The notes beneath the pieces are model-generated. The model ran no database searches. It worked only from the letters and a program-made list of their open reading frames with translations, and had not been told where the DNA came from. Both the position numbers and the translations under genes were made by a program. Below are positions 29,930-40,925 of a stretch of DNA of 64,000 nucleotides, in pieces. The DNA is from Leptospira sp. (GTDB lineage Bacteria > Spirochaetota > Leptospiria > Leptospirales > Leptospiraceae). The stretch is taken from NCBI GenBank assembly GCA_034439575.1, contig JAWXAQ010000015.1, positions 32,001-96,000 on the forward strand, read 5' to 3'. The stretch's first letter is position 1, and each line of letters starts with the position of its first letter.

Positions 29930-30984
29930 AAATAATAATGAAGGCCTAAATTTAAAGATTCCGTATTTTGATTTCTTAAATATTCAACGGAGACCCCATA
30001 GTCTCTCCATTTGTATGATAGACCCAATATTCCAAAATAATTAGCTTCGCGGATTTTGATTCGCGAAGAAAGTTCTATATGAACACCGCTAGGAGTGGTC
30101 AAAAAATCATCGCGATTCAGATAGGAAGAAATCAGAGCAACTCTTTCTACATTGATTAGAGTTTCTCCATGATTGTACATACCACCTAATCCTCCGAATA
30201 TTCCAAAATTCGAAATGGTAAACATATACCGCAAATCTGTTGTTAAAGAATAAATTTTAGAATCATATTTTAAATCATTAATACCGATCCATTTTCGTCT
30301 ATCACCATCTACTTGGAATTGAGTAGGTCTTCGATCATAGGAATTTAACAAAATATTTTGATTTGTATAATACATTCCAAAACCAATGGAAAATCCATGT
30401 TTTATCAATGTTTCGTTTGGTGATGAGTCCGCAAAAGGAAAATACCTTACATTAAAACTTCCATTTGCAACACGGCCTCCTACATCTGTATTTCTAATCT
30501 TCAAAAAAGGTATATTATTCTCTGATAGATAAAATGGAAAAAATTGAATGAACACATTCCACTTTCTCCAATTTCCTGTTTTATCTAAAATGTGCCCTAA
30601 ATTTGTAGCATAACTTAGCGATGGTGAAGCGGCCAAACTCTCTTTTGGTAATTCTCTTAATTCTGTAGATTCAAAATAAAATTCTCTAGGTTTGATTTTA
30701 CTTCGCGATACAGAATAACCCATACTCATTCTATTTTTCTCAATGAAAGTGCCACCCATCATAGCAGAATTTATATTTTGCAAAACGGCACTCTCTGCCA
30801 TTGCATTCAGAAAGTCTTTTGTATAAATTTGCCCAAGAACAGGATCTACTAAATTCGCTAAGAGTAAGGATTGATCAGAGATAAAAGAACACTCCTGCCC
30901 CACGCAAACAGCTGTTGCATGAGATGACCTGACCAAAATAAAGAAGTTTAAAATAACAAAGAAAAATTTTATTTTTTGAGCCAC
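29926..30984 (-). CDS. Lsa36-like surface/outer membrane protein
   Basis: Signal peptide, CVGQEC N-terminal motif, beta-strand pattern, terminal YYF. Confidence 0.6.
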   Translation of the reverse strand: MAQKIKFFFVILNFFILVRSSHATAVCVGQECSFISDQSLLLANLVDPVLGQIYTKDFLNAMAESAVLQNINSAMMGGTFIEKNRMSMGYSVSRSKIKPREFYFESTELRELPKESLAASPSLSYATNLGHILDKTGNWRKWNVFIQFFPFYLSENNIPFLKIRNTDVGGRVANGSFNVRYFPFADSSPNETLIKHGFSIGFGMYYTNQNILLNSYDRRPTQFQVDGDRRKWIGINDLKYDSKIYSLTTDLRYMFTISNFGIFGGLGGMYNHGETLINVERVALISSYLNRDDFLTTPSGVHIELSSRIKIREANYFGILGLSYKWRDYGVSVEYLRNQNTESLNLGLHYYF

Positions 30985-31556
30985 ATTAAAAATTGATTCA
31001 TTGCGATCGCACGATGGGACACTTTGTTTTTTTCCGATTCACTCACTTCTGAAAACCTTTTTCCAAAAGGTGGATAATAGAAAATCGGATCATAACCAAA
31101 TCCATAAGAGCCCAAATCATCGTAGTCTTTTGCGATTTCTCCAAAAACCATTCCTTCAAATGATTCCTCTATACTTCCGCTAACATAGGTTATGACACAA
31201 GTATAATTTGCCTTACGATTCTTATTATTACCTAGTTCCCATAAAAGTTGAAGTGCCCGTTCCTTATCTGTAAATTCTGGTTTTCCATATCGCGCAGAAT
31301 AAACACCAGGTCGACCATCCATTGCCTCAACGCAGATCCCCGAATCGTCTGCAAATGAAGGGAGTCCCGTCAAACGATGTAATTCTCTGGATTTAATAAA
31401 GGAATTCCCTACAAAGGTAGGTTCAGTCTCTTCCGGTTGGAACTGAATTCCTAATTCCTTTGGAGAAATCACTAAAAAACCTAGAGGCTCAAGTAGTGAT
31501 CGGACTTCTTTTAGTTTGTGTAAACTACTGGAGGCAAAGGCAATCGTATTTGTCAT
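30969..31556 (-). CDS. rdgB: RdgB/HAM1 non-canonical purine NTP pyrophosphatase
   Basis: HKLKE, ADDSGICV, PGVYSARY, GFGYDPIF, KNKVSHRA. Confidence 0.95.
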   Translation of the reverse strand: MTNTIAFASSSLHKLKEVRSLLEPLGFLVISPKELGIQFQPEETEPTFVGNSFIKSRELHRLTGLPSFADDSGICVEAMDGRPGVYSARYGKPEFTDKERALQLLWELGNNKNRKANYTCVITYVSGSIEESFEGMVFGEIAKDYDDLGSYGFGYDPIFYYPPFGKRFSEVSESEKNKVSHRAIAMNQFLMWLKK

Positions 31557-31568
31557 TTGCGAAAAGGA

Positions 31569-31925
31569 TCACAAATCTTCCGCATCCAACTGAAAACCTT
31601 CAAGCGCAGAGGAAAGATCAGGAAAAATTTCAAATACTTTATCAAGCATAGTTATTTCGAATAATTGAATCAGATCTTCATCGACAACTATGACTTTAAT
31701 ATCACCACTCATCGGTTTTAACTTACGCTTGGTGGCAACAAATATGCCCAAGGCGGTAGAACAAATATGATGAACCTTTGTTAGGTCGAGGATAATTTTT
31801 TTAACTGAAGATTGTGTCAGTTTAGAGAGTTCCTTCTCTATCTCATCAGAATCGACTTTTAAAATCGCACCTGAAAACTTCACGATTCTAATATCATTTT
31901 TGATCTGAACTTCCATTCGATTCAA
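31569..31925 (-). CDS. STAS domain anti-sigma-factor antagonist
   Basis: IILDLTKVHHICSTALG, LFEITMLDKVFEIF. Confidence 0.9.
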   Translation of the reverse strand: MNRMEVQIKNDIRIVKFSGAILKVDSDEIEKELSKLTQSSVKKIILDLTKVHHICSTALGIFVATKRKLKPMSGDIKVIVVDEDLIQLFEITMLDKVFEIFPDLSSALEGFQLDAEDL

Positions 31926-32635
31926 TCACCTTCATTACTTAATAATACCATACAAGATACGCGCTCCGCCCCAGCGCCCAGAAGCATCCGTGCGACTTCA
32001 TTTAAAGATGCGCCTGTTGTAAAGATATCATCTATGATCAAGATATGAAGTCCGTTCCAGGTTCTATCCTTTTTTATCAATTGGAACGCCTTTTTTGCAT
32101 GTTGGAATCTTTCGAAGTAACTTTTGCCTGATTGTTTCTCTTGTGAGACCTTTTTGATCCCATTCATCTGCTTTATGTTCCATTTTTTGCAGAGTCGTCT
32201 TAGAATTGCATCTGCTGGATGGTAATCTCGCCCAATTTTTAAATCCTTGGAGGGAAGGAGAAAAATTATATCTGGCTGATTTTTGAATTCATGAATTTTT
32301 TTTGCGAAATCTAAGGCAAAGTACGTAGATAGAATCCGTTCATTTTGAAATTTGCAAAGTTGTAGCAATTTTCGCTCCCAACTCAAACGGATGCGCAAAG
32401 ACACAACTTGCGAAAAGAAAACAAAACGTGAGGAACAATACTCACATTTTTCCGCCTCTGCCGTCATTATCTGCGAACAAATTTCGCAAACATTGTCCAT
32501 GGTTTTTTCTTTTTGAACTTTTCTTTGTTTCCTAATACAAGGAAGACAAACACCAAATCGATGTGAGTGGGTATCAATTTTGGAACAGACTAAACATGGT
32601 TGGGAATAAAAAAAAGATAAAATTCGGAGAAACAT
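31922..32635 (-). CDS. comF: ComF family protein (double zinc ribbon + PRTase domain)
   Basis: Four CxxC pairs; ILIIDDIFTTGASL. Confidence 0.85.
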   Translation of the reverse strand: MFLRILSFFYSQPCLVCSKIDTHSHRFGVCLPCIRKQRKVQKEKTMDNVCEICSQIMTAEAEKCEYCSSRFVFFSQVVSLRIRLSWERKLLQLCKFQNERILSTYFALDFAKKIHEFKNQPDIIFLLPSKDLKIGRDYHPADAILRRLCKKWNIKQMNGIKKVSQEKQSGKSYFERFQHAKKAFQLIKKDRTWNGLHILIIDDIFTTGASLNEVARMLLGAGAERVSCMVLLSNEGD

Positions 32636-32695
32636 AGGTGCCTCTCCGAAAAAGGTCAGGAACCGATGGTTTCGGTTCCCTATATGTTTATAAAA

Positions 32696-33790
32696 CTATT
32701 CTGCTGGAGTGGTAGTCGTTGCAGGAGCTGGTTCAGTTTTTGTTGGCTCAGCCATTTTGTCTGATTTTTGAATGACAGAAGATGGAGGAGTCAAATCAAC
32801 ATTGAACTTAAGTTCTACGACATCAGATTGGTTTCCAACGTTATCAACTGCGATCGCGCGAAGAACGTGCTCACCTTGTGCTTCTACCGTAAGTCCCTCA
32901 ATGTAAGGTCTAAATTCTGCTTCTGCATCAAGTTTGATTAGTATTTTTTTAACACCAGATTCTTTGTCATAAGCATTCACATGAAAAACATTTCCACGTT
33001 TTGCGAAAGCCTTTCCATTGATATCTACTAATGGTAAAGAAGGAACGATTTCTACAGTCGGCTTCATATCGTCTACAGAAATGATAAGTGAAGATTCTGG
33101 AGAAGAATTTCCTGATTTATCAGTTGCAGTATATTTAATGATATTAGAACCACCTTTTTCAAGTTTGATGGGCTCTGCGTATTTTTTTCCCGCTTCTGAG
33201 TTGATGCTGTATTGAATGACTTCAACACCAGTTTGTTTGTCTTCGGCTACGATAGAATAAGTATTGTTTTTAGAAGTATAAGGAACTCCATCTAACACAA
33301 AAAATTGTTCAGAAGGAACCAAAGATACGTGAGGTGCAGAATTATCTACAAAGATGACAAGAACTTTTGGTGTCTCTGCGTTTCCAGCTTTGTCTACAGA
33401 ACGATAATGGATTTCAGTAGCACCTTCTTCTGATAAACGGATAGGTTGAGTGAATCTTCTGAACTCACCATTTTTTGGTTTCCATTCGATATAGTCAATT
33501 GATGAAGAATCATCTTTTGCTTCTAATGTAAAAGCAGTCTTACTTGTAATGAAAAGAGTTTCTTTATTTGCAGTAGCAACAGTTCCAGATTCTTTTTTAT
33601 TCCCAAGAAGGTCTTTAACAACCTCTTCCCCTTTATCTACATTTGTTTTGATGCCGTCAGATGTCGCTTCCGTCTTCTTCACTGCCGAGTCATTCGTAGA
33701 TGTATTCGCTTCTGGTTCAGCCGATTGTGCTGAAAGTTGGCCAACTAATAATAGTGTTAAAATGGCCAAAGTATATTTGTGCGCCTGCAT
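32696..33790 (-). CDS. OmpL47-type repeat protein
   Basis: Signal peptide; three repeats of Y.A.D..GN.E...D...P; AAGGAG RBS. Confidence 0.8.
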   Translation of the reverse strand: MQAHKYTLAILTLLLVGQLSAQSAEPEANTSTNDSAVKKTEATSDGIKTNVDKGEEVVKDLLGNKKESGTVATANKETLFITSKTAFTLEAKDDSSSIDYIEWKPKNGEFRRFTQPIRLSEEGATEIHYRSVDKAGNAETPKVLVIFVDNSAPHVSLVPSEQFFVLDGVPYTSKNNTYSIVAEDKQTGVEVIQYSINSEAGKKYAEPIKLEKGGSNIIKYTATDKSGNSSPESSLIISVDDMKPTVEIVPSLPLVDINGKAFAKRGNVFHVNAYDKESGVKKILIKLDAEAEFRPYIEGLTVEAQGEHVLRAIAVDNVGNQSDVVELKFNVDLTPPSSVIQKSDKMAEPTKTEPAPATTTTPAE

Positions 33791-33854
33791 TATTTAGATT
33801 CTCCTTTTTACCGATAAAACATATATATCCTCTCTGTAAGGATTTATTGTCAAC

Positions 33855-34490
33855 TTGATTGCACTTAGAAACATTACTTTCCTGAGCATTTTTCTCATTC
33901 AAATCCACTTTCTGCGAGCGGAGGTGATTGTTTGGAAAGAGATCTCCTTAGAAAATTTTGAAGAGGTTACCTTTTCAAAAGCGAACGTTCATACGAAATT
34001 AGAAAAGGATACACCTCTGCCTGATTTATCCCTTTCCAAAAATTTCACGGCACCAATCCCCGCATCCAAACAAGCATTGGTCCTGAGAGTGCCAAAACAG
34101 GCAAATTTCCCTTTCGCAGTTTATTTTCCAAACCCTATCAAATTACAGGGATTTGTAAAAGAAATTCGCATTCCCATTTATTCTTCCCAATCTATTGGAA
34201 ACCTAACATTGATTGTAGAAAACCAGGACTATGAAACTAGACAATTGGCGGTTACTTCCCTAAATTATCGGGGGTGGAAAAATTGTGTTGTACCATTTGC
34301 GCGAGCTTTTGATCAGAATGACCGCATTTTTTTGCAAGGCTCAAATATTCGTTTAATTGGCTTCTTTTATTTACCAAATGAAAACAATGCGAGTAGCCAA
34401 GAAGTTCTACTTGCGATCGACGATATAACTGCTATAGTACGGGACAAATATAGACCCCTCAGAAATAAAGAAATCTTGTTAGAGGATTGA
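33855..34490 (+). CDS. FlaA (flagellar filament outer layer) domain protein
   Basis: Signal peptide; LENFE, PIKLQGFVKEI, LNYRGWKN, LLAIDDITA. Confidence 0.65.
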   Translation: MIALRNITFLSIFLIQIHFLRAEVIVWKEISLENFEEVTFSKANVHTKLEKDTPLPDLSLSKNFTAPIPASKQALVLRVPKQANFPFAVYFPNPIKLQGFVKEIRIPIYSSQSIGNLTLIVENQDYETRQLAVTSLNYRGWKNCVVPFARAFDQNDRIFLQGSNIRLIGFFYLPNENNASSQEVLLAIDDITAIVRDKYRPLRNKEILLED

Positions 34491-34569
34491 TGTTTTTAAG
34501 ATCTTTTCTCAAAAATTCATTCTAAAAATCTCTTTTCATTACAACCTAGCCCTTAATCCTGATCTATAA

Positions 34570-35025
34570 ATGAATCTTGAACTATCCCTTGAGCAATACG
34601 AAACTCTGCTAAAACTAGTCTACATGGGGGATTGGGTTATTTCCACTTTACAGGCCAAAGAAAGAGCCGAAGAAGATTCAGATAATGATTCCAGATACGC
34701 AGAAGTTGTTAGGCATATATTTAATCATGCCGAGGCGGCAGGCCTTGGCAATATTGTTCAGATTGATCAAAACAATGGTGAACCTTACTTAACTCGTGAA
34801 TTCGAAGAAGAAAGCGGACTCGTCGATATTTTAGAAGATTATGAAGATGAAGTGTTTTGGCAGTCATTAATCGAAAGACTCGCTCATAGAGATTTTATTC
34901 GCCACTTTGGGGAATCCGCGATTTCTGAAATGGCAATCGAAGAACGCATCGAAAAGGAAACTCCTTTCCATGATACTTGGGCAACAGAATTTCACGACAA
35001 TGGTATGGAAAATTTAAAAGTCTGA
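34570..35025 (+). CDS. Conserved acidic hypothetical protein
   Basis: 151-aa ORF; QYETLLKLVYMGDWV, DEVFWQSLIERLAHRD. Confidence 0.75.
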   Translation: MNLELSLEQYETLLKLVYMGDWVISTLQAKERAEEDSDNDSRYAEVVRHIFNHAEAAGLGNIVQIDQNNGEPYLTREFEEESGLVDILEDYEDEVFWQSLIERLAHRDFIRHFGESAISEMAIEERIEKETPFHDTWATEFHDNGMENLKV

Positions 35026-35166
35026 ATGAGTTTTAAATTCCATAGCCAATTTCTTAAATAATTAACTACTTTTTCAATTTGCAATAGATCAATAGAAGAC
35101 TCTATTCGATTTGTGAATACGAATAAAGTCTATTGAAAATGTTAAGACAAATTCTCAATTAAAAGT

Positions 35167-35706
35167 CTATTGTTCACCTAATTCTTGCAAAATGTATGTT
35201 GCGACTCTAGTTCCAGCAGCATCCCCAACATCTCTCGTTGTACCAGCAAAAGCAGAACCGCCAGATGAAACTTCTTCAAGATTGAATTCTGCGACCACTG
35301 CTTTCGATTTGATTTCAATAATTCTACCAACACCTTCTAATTTTGCTCTTCCAGCCATGGCACCAATTGCCTGTCTATTGAATGCGCTAACTTCAACGAT
35401 TTTAGTAAATTCGATTTCAATGTTATATTTACAAGCAGGGCTACATTTTTCATCAGATTTGAAAAATTTTGTCTTAACTGCTGTTCTGAGTTTTTCAAAA
35501 AGTTTAGATTCAAATAAATTCAAAGCTGTTTGCGTTTCAGATGAGCCAGCCAATTTTGTTGAGATTAAAAAAACCTGAAGGTTTTCGGTATTCGTTGGTT
35601 TTAGAGTATTCGCTTTTACTTGCGTGATAGTGCCACTGCCAGAGCAGTTAAATAAAGCGGAAATTAATACTAAGGTAAAGACACTTATCTTTATTTTTTT
35701 TATCAT
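35167..35706 (-). CDS. Lipoprotein, DUF4410-like
   Basis: Lipobox LFNC; RQAIGAMAGRAKL segment. Confidence 0.6.
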   Translation of the reverse strand: MIKKIKISVFTLVLISALFNCSGSGTITQVKANTLKPTNTENLQVFLISTKLAGSSETQTALNLFESKLFEKLRTAVKTKFFKSDEKCSPACKYNIEIEFTKIVEVSAFNRQAIGAMAGRAKLEGVGRIIEIKSKAVVAEFNLEEVSSGGSAFAGTTRDVGDAAGTRVATYILQELGEQ

Positions 35707-35851
35707 TTTTTGTTCCTTTGCAATATTTGGATTATTTGCCAAATAGTTAGTCATAAATTTATATTTCCATGTTCATATGCAACGAAATAACAGTTATAAG
35801 TTGGTTTTTGTAAAAAAAAATAAATGACGGAAGGACTGATCAAGTCGGCCC

Positions 35852-37405
35852 CTAGTTTCCCTTAATTACTTTAGGCCAAAGAAGTTTATCTTCTCTTAGT
35901 TTTTTCTTTTCTAAAATTTCCGACAACCGATACCGAATCACCATATCAATTCTTTCCTTAGCGATGGGTGAAAGATTACCAAAAGAATCTCGAAGTCCCC
36001 CATCTAACATCGCAATCAAGAGTGAATCATAGGTCTTACTCGCCAGAAATTCACCATCATCTTTTTTCAAAGATTTAATTTTTGACCATTCGGCAATAGC
36101 CTCATTGAGCAATTTTTCATCACCTCGATACATTCCAGATTCCCAAAGGATTCTCCCTTTTTCAAAGTAAGCATCACTAAGTCTATACCCGCCAGGAGTA
36201 TTCGCGATCAATGTATCCATCATTTGCAAACGTTTGGTGGCATACGCGCGCTCTACATCTTTTGCATTTCGAATTTGTTTTTGTTTTAAAATGGGTTTAT
36301 ATTTTTCAACAACACGACGAATCGTCTCATATCGAATCGTTTTTTTCTGTTCATCGGTCGCCGCATTGAGTAATGCCAAACTTTTGAAATATTCATTTAA
36401 AGCCCTTGCTTGAATATCGTAAATATTCTCGAGAGTGAATAAAATTTCAGTACCGACTTTGGTTCCCAAATTTTGAGAAAGCAAAGCCATCATTTGTTTT
36501 AGAAAATCTTCCTTATTTAGATTTTCTTGAAAATAATCGATAACAAAGTAACTTGGATCACCACTGAAATTATAGGCTAATCTTTGTAAGTTTTCATAAT
36601 ATAGATCTCTTACAAAGGAAGAAAGATCCCCTTTGTTTGGATCATAACCCATAAATTTTGAAATAAATTCCTCTAGTTGTTTTTCTTTCTTATATTTTAA
36701 AGTTTTATCAAGATACTGACTTCTGTCAGGTTTTCCCATCTGCAAGGGATTTCTTGGTGGCCTTTCGCCTTCTAGAGATAACTTCATTGTGATAGGTGGA
36801 GACTCGTCGTCTCCTTTACGAAATTCTTCTATGATCCGATTTCTTTCTTTATGAACTGCTAAATTGTCTTCTGCTTCTTCTAAATCAACTTTGAATGGAT
36901 CACGAATTGTTGGTAAGGTGGGAAAAACTTCTTTAACTATGATATCTTCATATTCGCGATTTCTACGAATGTAGGAATCAGTAACACCCGAATTTGGAAA
37001 TATATTTTCGAAATCATTTTTGAAATTTTTTCTTAAATCAGATGTGGATTCTAAATCTTTTACAAGTTTATCCCAAGTTCCGCCCTCGTATTTTCCTTTG
37101 GCAAAACCATCTGTTTTTCCTTTTTCACCTTGGCCTTCTTCTTTCCCCTCTTCTCCTTCACTATCCTTTCCAAAAGAATCTCCGTCTCCTTTTGATTTGG
37201 AAAACTCAAAGCTCAGTTCAGATTCAGATTCTTCCTCTGTCTCATAAATCCAAGGAGGACCGCAATACAAAGTTCGATACATCGAGTCCGAAGAATTAAA
37301 CGAATAAATTAAAAATGAAGTGTGGAATGCTAACGAAAGATAAATGGCAATCGCTAACCGATATTGAAAAATAATTTTAGCGAGATTTCCAAACATAAAT
37401 ACCAA
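35852..37405 (-). CDS. Membrane-anchored helical hypothetical protein coupled to lnt
   Basis: TM with SLAFH, acidic/Gly linker, helical body with TPR-like DAYFEKGRILW; overlaps the lnt 3' end. Confidence 0.75.
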   Translation of the reverse strand: MVFMFGNLAKIIFQYRLAIAIYLSLAFHTSFLIYSFNSSDSMYRTLYCGPPWIYETEEESESELSFEFSKSKGDGDSFGKDSEGEEGKEEGQGEKGKTDGFAKGKYEGGTWDKLVKDLESTSDLRKNFKNDFENIFPNSGVTDSYIRRNREYEDIIVKEVFPTLPTIRDPFKVDLEEAEDNLAVHKERNRIIEEFRKGDDESPPITMKLSLEGERPPRNPLQMGKPDRSQYLDKTLKYKKEKQLEEFISKFMGYDPNKGDLSSFVRDLYYENLQRLAYNFSGDPSYFVIDYFQENLNKEDFLKQMMALLSQNLGTKVGTEILFTLENIYDIQARALNEYFKSLALLNAATDEQKKTIRYETIRRVVEKYKPILKQKQIRNAKDVERAYATKRLQMMDTLIANTPGGYRLSDAYFEKGRILWESGMYRGDEKLLNEAIAEWSKIKSLKKDDGEFLASKTYDSLLIAMLDGGLRDSFGNLSPIAKERIDMVIRYRLSEILEKKKLREDKLLWPKVIKGN

Positions 37406-39161
37406 AAACGATCGCAGATAAAATTAAAAAACTCCAAGGCAACAAATTTCCAAAACGACGATAGAATGTTTGATAGCCTGGAATAATAGCAACTGTTCCG
37501 TGAAGAATCGCACTACTTTCTAAAGGAGTAAATTCATTATTAATATTTCTTCCCAAATGATCAGTAAAAACGGATGTGCCAGAATTTGTGGATCGAACTA
37601 GCCATTTACGAAATTCAATAGCTCTCATCCTACCCAAAGTATGGTGTTGGTATGATTCAAGGGTATCACCATACCACTTATCGTTTGTTACATTGACAAT
37701 GAAATCTGGATCCCCTTGAAATAACCTAACAAATTCAGGAATGATCACTTCATAACAAATCAAAGGCAAAAAAGTACCGCTTTGCTTTTCTTCTGTTTTG
37801 TGAGATAAATAATATTCTGATACCGATGTGGGATTGAAATATTCTAAATCATTCCAATGCAGTGGACTCACAGAATCAGGTTTCGAATGGTCTGTATCAA
37901 AATATTTGATCAATTCTAAGGAAGTTCCCGGTGCGAACTTTCCCGTCTGGCCGCTCAAAGCATACATCCATTCAAATGGCATATACTCACCAAAAATTAA
38001 TAAAAAAACTTTTTGGTAACTTCCTCGCCTTTCGCCATTCGGGTTTAAAAGCGCAGAGGAATTATAAGTTACAAGATTTGATCTGGATTTAAAACTATTT
38101 TCAAAACCCATATCCAATTCGTTAAAATAGACATTAGCTTTGTGACGCAAAGCAAGAACTTTCATGAAAGTTTCAAATTTTTCCCAATATACCCCTGCAT
38201 ATTTCGTAGCTTCATGGTTATGCGTAGAAAAAAATGGAACGCCTGATTCTGGTAAGACGATTAAATCAAGTTTATGATCTTTGCCACCGCGAGTTGTCAA
38301 GTCATCAATACGAAGCATCAAATTGTTAATTTCTTCGGCCACACTACGACCATCTCGAAATTCTAAGGGGGCATTTGGTTGAACGATTAATACTTCCTTA
38401 GTCCCAATTGGTTTGACGCTATCCCATTTCTGAAAAAGATAAAATCCATTCACCCAATAAAATAAAAATATTACTAATACACTCGAAATTCCAAACATAA
38501 CTTTTCGATTTCGATAGATCTTCACTTTTCGTTCGTGATTCGATTTAACTCTTTTGAACCTACGAATAAGTATTTGTATTCTTTTTGGATTTCGAAACTG
38601 AAATAATAAGTAGGAAAATAAAAATAATAGAAACGTTAAACCATATGCACTCGCATATTCAGCGTTTTGTGCAAGAATAGGATTTTCTGCAACCACACTA
38701 CCAAAATACCAAGGAAACACTTGGGGAGTAAAAAATTCTGCGAATAATATAGAGAAACTAGCAAGCCATGGAAAGTATTTACCAACGCGAATTGCCAAAA
38801 AAGAAAATGTTAATAAAAATAAAGGAAATTTTAAATTTAGAAATATAGCAGATAATCCAAAAATCGGGGCTGCCAAGTACCAATCAAAGCCACCAAACAC
38901 AGTCACCATATAATAAATCCAGTGAAAGGAAATAGTATAAAAAAGAATGGCAAATCCAAATCCGTGATAGATAAGTTTTTTCCATTCTCCACGGTATTTT
39001 TTTTCTATATAAAAAAGACCTAATGGAGACAACCAAACAAAATAGGAGAGAGAATATGGAGCAAATGCTAACTGTGCAAAAACAGCCGTGCTCGTATAAC
39101 AGAGTATGGCGACGAATCCTTCCTTTGAAAATAAAAAACGAAAGAGGTTTTTCATACGCAC
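37377..39161 (-). CDS. lnt: Apolipoprotein N-acyltransferase
   Basis: Multi-TM N-terminus, VQPN, LPES, YQKVFLLIFGEYMP, LICYE, VTNDKWY, RSTNSGTS. Confidence 0.92.
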   Translation of the reverse strand: MRMKNLFRFLFSKEGFVAILCYTSTAVFAQLAFAPYSLSYFVWLSPLGLFYIEKKYRGEWKKLIYHGFGFAILFYTISFHWIYYMVTVFGGFDWYLAAPIFGLSAIFLNLKFPLFLLTFSFLAIRVGKYFPWLASFSILFAEFFTPQVFPWYFGSVVAENPILAQNAEYASAYGLTFLLFLFSYLLFQFRNPKRIQILIRRFKRVKSNHERKVKIYRNRKVMFGISSVLVIFLFYWVNGFYLFQKWDSVKPIGTKEVLIVQPNAPLEFRDGRSVAEEINNLMLRIDDLTTRGGKDHKLDLIVLPESGVPFFSTHNHEATKYAGVYWEKFETFMKVLALRHKANVYFNELDMGFENSFKSRSNLVTYNSSALLNPNGERRGSYQKVFLLIFGEYMPFEWMYALSGQTGKFAPGTSLELIKYFDTDHSKPDSVSPLHWNDLEYFNPTSVSEYYLSHKTEEKQSGTFLPLICYEVIIPEFVRLFQGDPDFIVNVTNDKWYGDTLESYQHHTLGRMRAIEFRKWLVRSTNSGTSVFTDHLGRNINNEFTPLESSAILHGTVAIIPGYQTFYRRFGNLLPWSFLILSAIVFGIYVWKSR

Positions 39162-39180
39162 ATACCCTAAATCAAAATCA

Positions 39181-40218
39181 TTACGATTTGTTGTAGTTAT
39201 TGTTACCGTTTTGTACTTTTGTAAAAATCATTTTTCCAGCAGCTGTTTGGATGATAGAAGTTACGACAACTCGTACTTCTTTGCTTACCAAATGCCCACC
39301 GTTTTCAATGACTACCATAGTGCCATCTTCCAAATAACCGATTCCTTGGTTTTCATCCTTTCCTTCTTTGATGACGGAAATAGGAAATTCTTCCCCAGGA
39401 AGTACGACAGGTTTCAATGCATTCGCTAAATTATTTAAATTTAATACGCGAACACCTTGTAACTCAGCCACCTTATTTAAGTTAAAGTCATTTGTCACTA
39501 CAGCCGCACCCGTATCACGTGCCAATTTTACTAACTTAGCATCGACTTCACGAGTATCAGAATAATCTGTATAAGTAATTTTTACTTCAATCGAACCTTT
39601 TCTTTGGAGTTTGTTTAACATTTCCAAACCACGTCGCCCGCGGGCTCGTTTGATAGGATCTGAGGAATCAGAGATTAACTGGATTTCACGTAACACAAAG
39701 TTTGGTAAAATCAAAGGACCATCCAAAAAATGCGTATCTGCAATATCTAAAATCCGTCCATCGATCACGACAGATGTATCTAGAATTTTTTCTTTGATAT
39801 GGCTATTTGGAGTGTCAATGCCAGGTAAGGAAAATGCAGATCCCGGAGCACCTGACCCACCACCAAAAATGGCAAGACCTGGGCGCACAGCAAAGCTAAC
39901 TCCCGTTTTCACACCTGTCACAAAAAATAAGAATATGAGAGTGATCCCATAAGCTCGGTATCCGTATTCAGAAAGTAAACTAGCAGGATAACCCGCGATC
40001 GCAATTCCCAACAAACCAAAAAGTGCTCCAAGGAGGATTACATCTGCTTTGAGTTCTGGAAAAAGTTTTTTTTCTCCAAATGCGAGAAATATCGCATAGA
40101 GAAGGACAATACCCGACAGGGAAAGCGCAAGAATTAGATTCTGGGATTCCGAGTAGAGAAAGAAAAATGACGCCAAACCGACTACAATCGAGCCGATGGC
40201 TGCAAGGAGGTGTTTCAT
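39181..40218 (-). CDS. PIN/TRAM domain membrane protein (YacL family)
   Basis: [51 protein letters not shown]. Confidence 0.92.
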   Translation of the reverse strand: MKHLLAAIGSIVVGLASFFFLYSESQNLILALSLSGIVLLYAIFLAFGEKKLFPELKADVILLGALFGLLGIAIAGYPASLLSEYGYRAYGITLIFLFFVTGVKTGVSFAVRPGLAIFGGGSGAPGSAFSLPGIDTPNSHIKEKILDTSVVIDGRILDIADTHFLDGPLILPNFVLREIQLISDSSDPIKRARGRRGLEMLNKLQRKGSIEVKITYTDYSDTREVDAKLVKLARDTGAAVVTNDFNLNKVAELQGVRVLNLNNLANALKPVVLPGEEFPISVIKEGKDENQGIGYLEDGTMVVIENGGHLVSKEVRVVVTSIIQTAAGKMIFTKVQNGNNNYNKS

Positions 40219-40262
40219 GACTCAAACCTTTTTAGCCAAAAATTTGAGTAACTACGGAAGAT

Positions 40263-40841
40263 CTATTCTAGATCAAGATCATCAACTTCTTTAGGAGGAG
40301 GCGGAGGTGCAAGGCCCTGAACAGAAGCCGCTAATACGTCGGAAACGATGTTTCCTGCTTCTTCCTGGGGAACGCCTTTGCTAAGTGCAATTTCCATCTT
40401 TACTAAATTATATGCGCTCTCATAGAGCTTCCTCTCCATAATGGAGAGTTCTTTGCCATAGGCACGTTTGTAAAGATTTCGGCAAACATCTGCTACCTCA
40501 AAAATAGAACCAGATTTGATCTTGTTCATATTGTTCTGATAGCGAACCTTCCAATCTTCTTCCGTATCGATTTCATCCTTTTTGAGGAGAGTGAGAACTT
40601 TTTTGATCTCTTTTTTATCAATAATCGACCGGATGCCAACATCAATCGCACGTCCTACTGGGATGGAAACCTTCATCTTGGAACCTTGAATTTCCATGAT
40701 GTAACAATCCATTTTCTTTCCCAGAATCAACTTTTTGCCGACTTCTGTGACTTCGCCTACTCCATGGATGGGATAGACTACATAGTCTCCCACCTTGAAT
40801 TTAGGCCCTGTACCTTTTTCAGTTAATTTTTTTATAGCCAA
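40263..40841 (-). CDS. carD: CarD family transcriptional regulator
   Basis: [37 protein letters not shown]. Confidence 0.93.
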   Translation of the reverse strand: MAIKKLTEKGTGPKFKVGDYVVYPIHGVGEVTEVGKKLILGKKMDCYIMEIQGSKMKVSIPVGRAIDVGIRSIIDKKEIKKVLTLLKKDEIDTEEDWKVRYQNNMNKIKSGSIFEVADVCRNLYKRAYGKELSIMERKLYESAYNLVKMEIALSKGVPQEEAGNIVSDVLAASVQGLAPPPPPKEVDDLDLE

Positions 40842-40877
40842 TTAAGTATAATAACTTCCGTAAATACTCTTAACTAG

Positions 40878-40906
40878 AGTATAACCCAGAAAATTGCGAA
40901 TGTCAA
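40878..40906 (-). promoter_or_regulatory. Sigma70 promoter of carD
   Basis: TTGACA (40906-40901), 17-bp spacer, TATACT (40883-40878) on the minus strand. Confidence 0.75.
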
Positions 40907-40925
40907 GGCAATAGGGAAAAATAGT

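Noticed and set aside
32659-32679. Hairpin GGAACCGA-TGGTT-TCGGTTCC after the OmpL47-type gene
   Set aside because: Plausible terminator or mRNA stabiliser, but the U-tract is not adjacent, so it was not called.
39181-40218. PIN domain as a VapC toxin
   Set aside because: The membrane PIN/TRAM (YacL) architecture next to carD is a common housekeeping arrangement, and no antitoxin is present.
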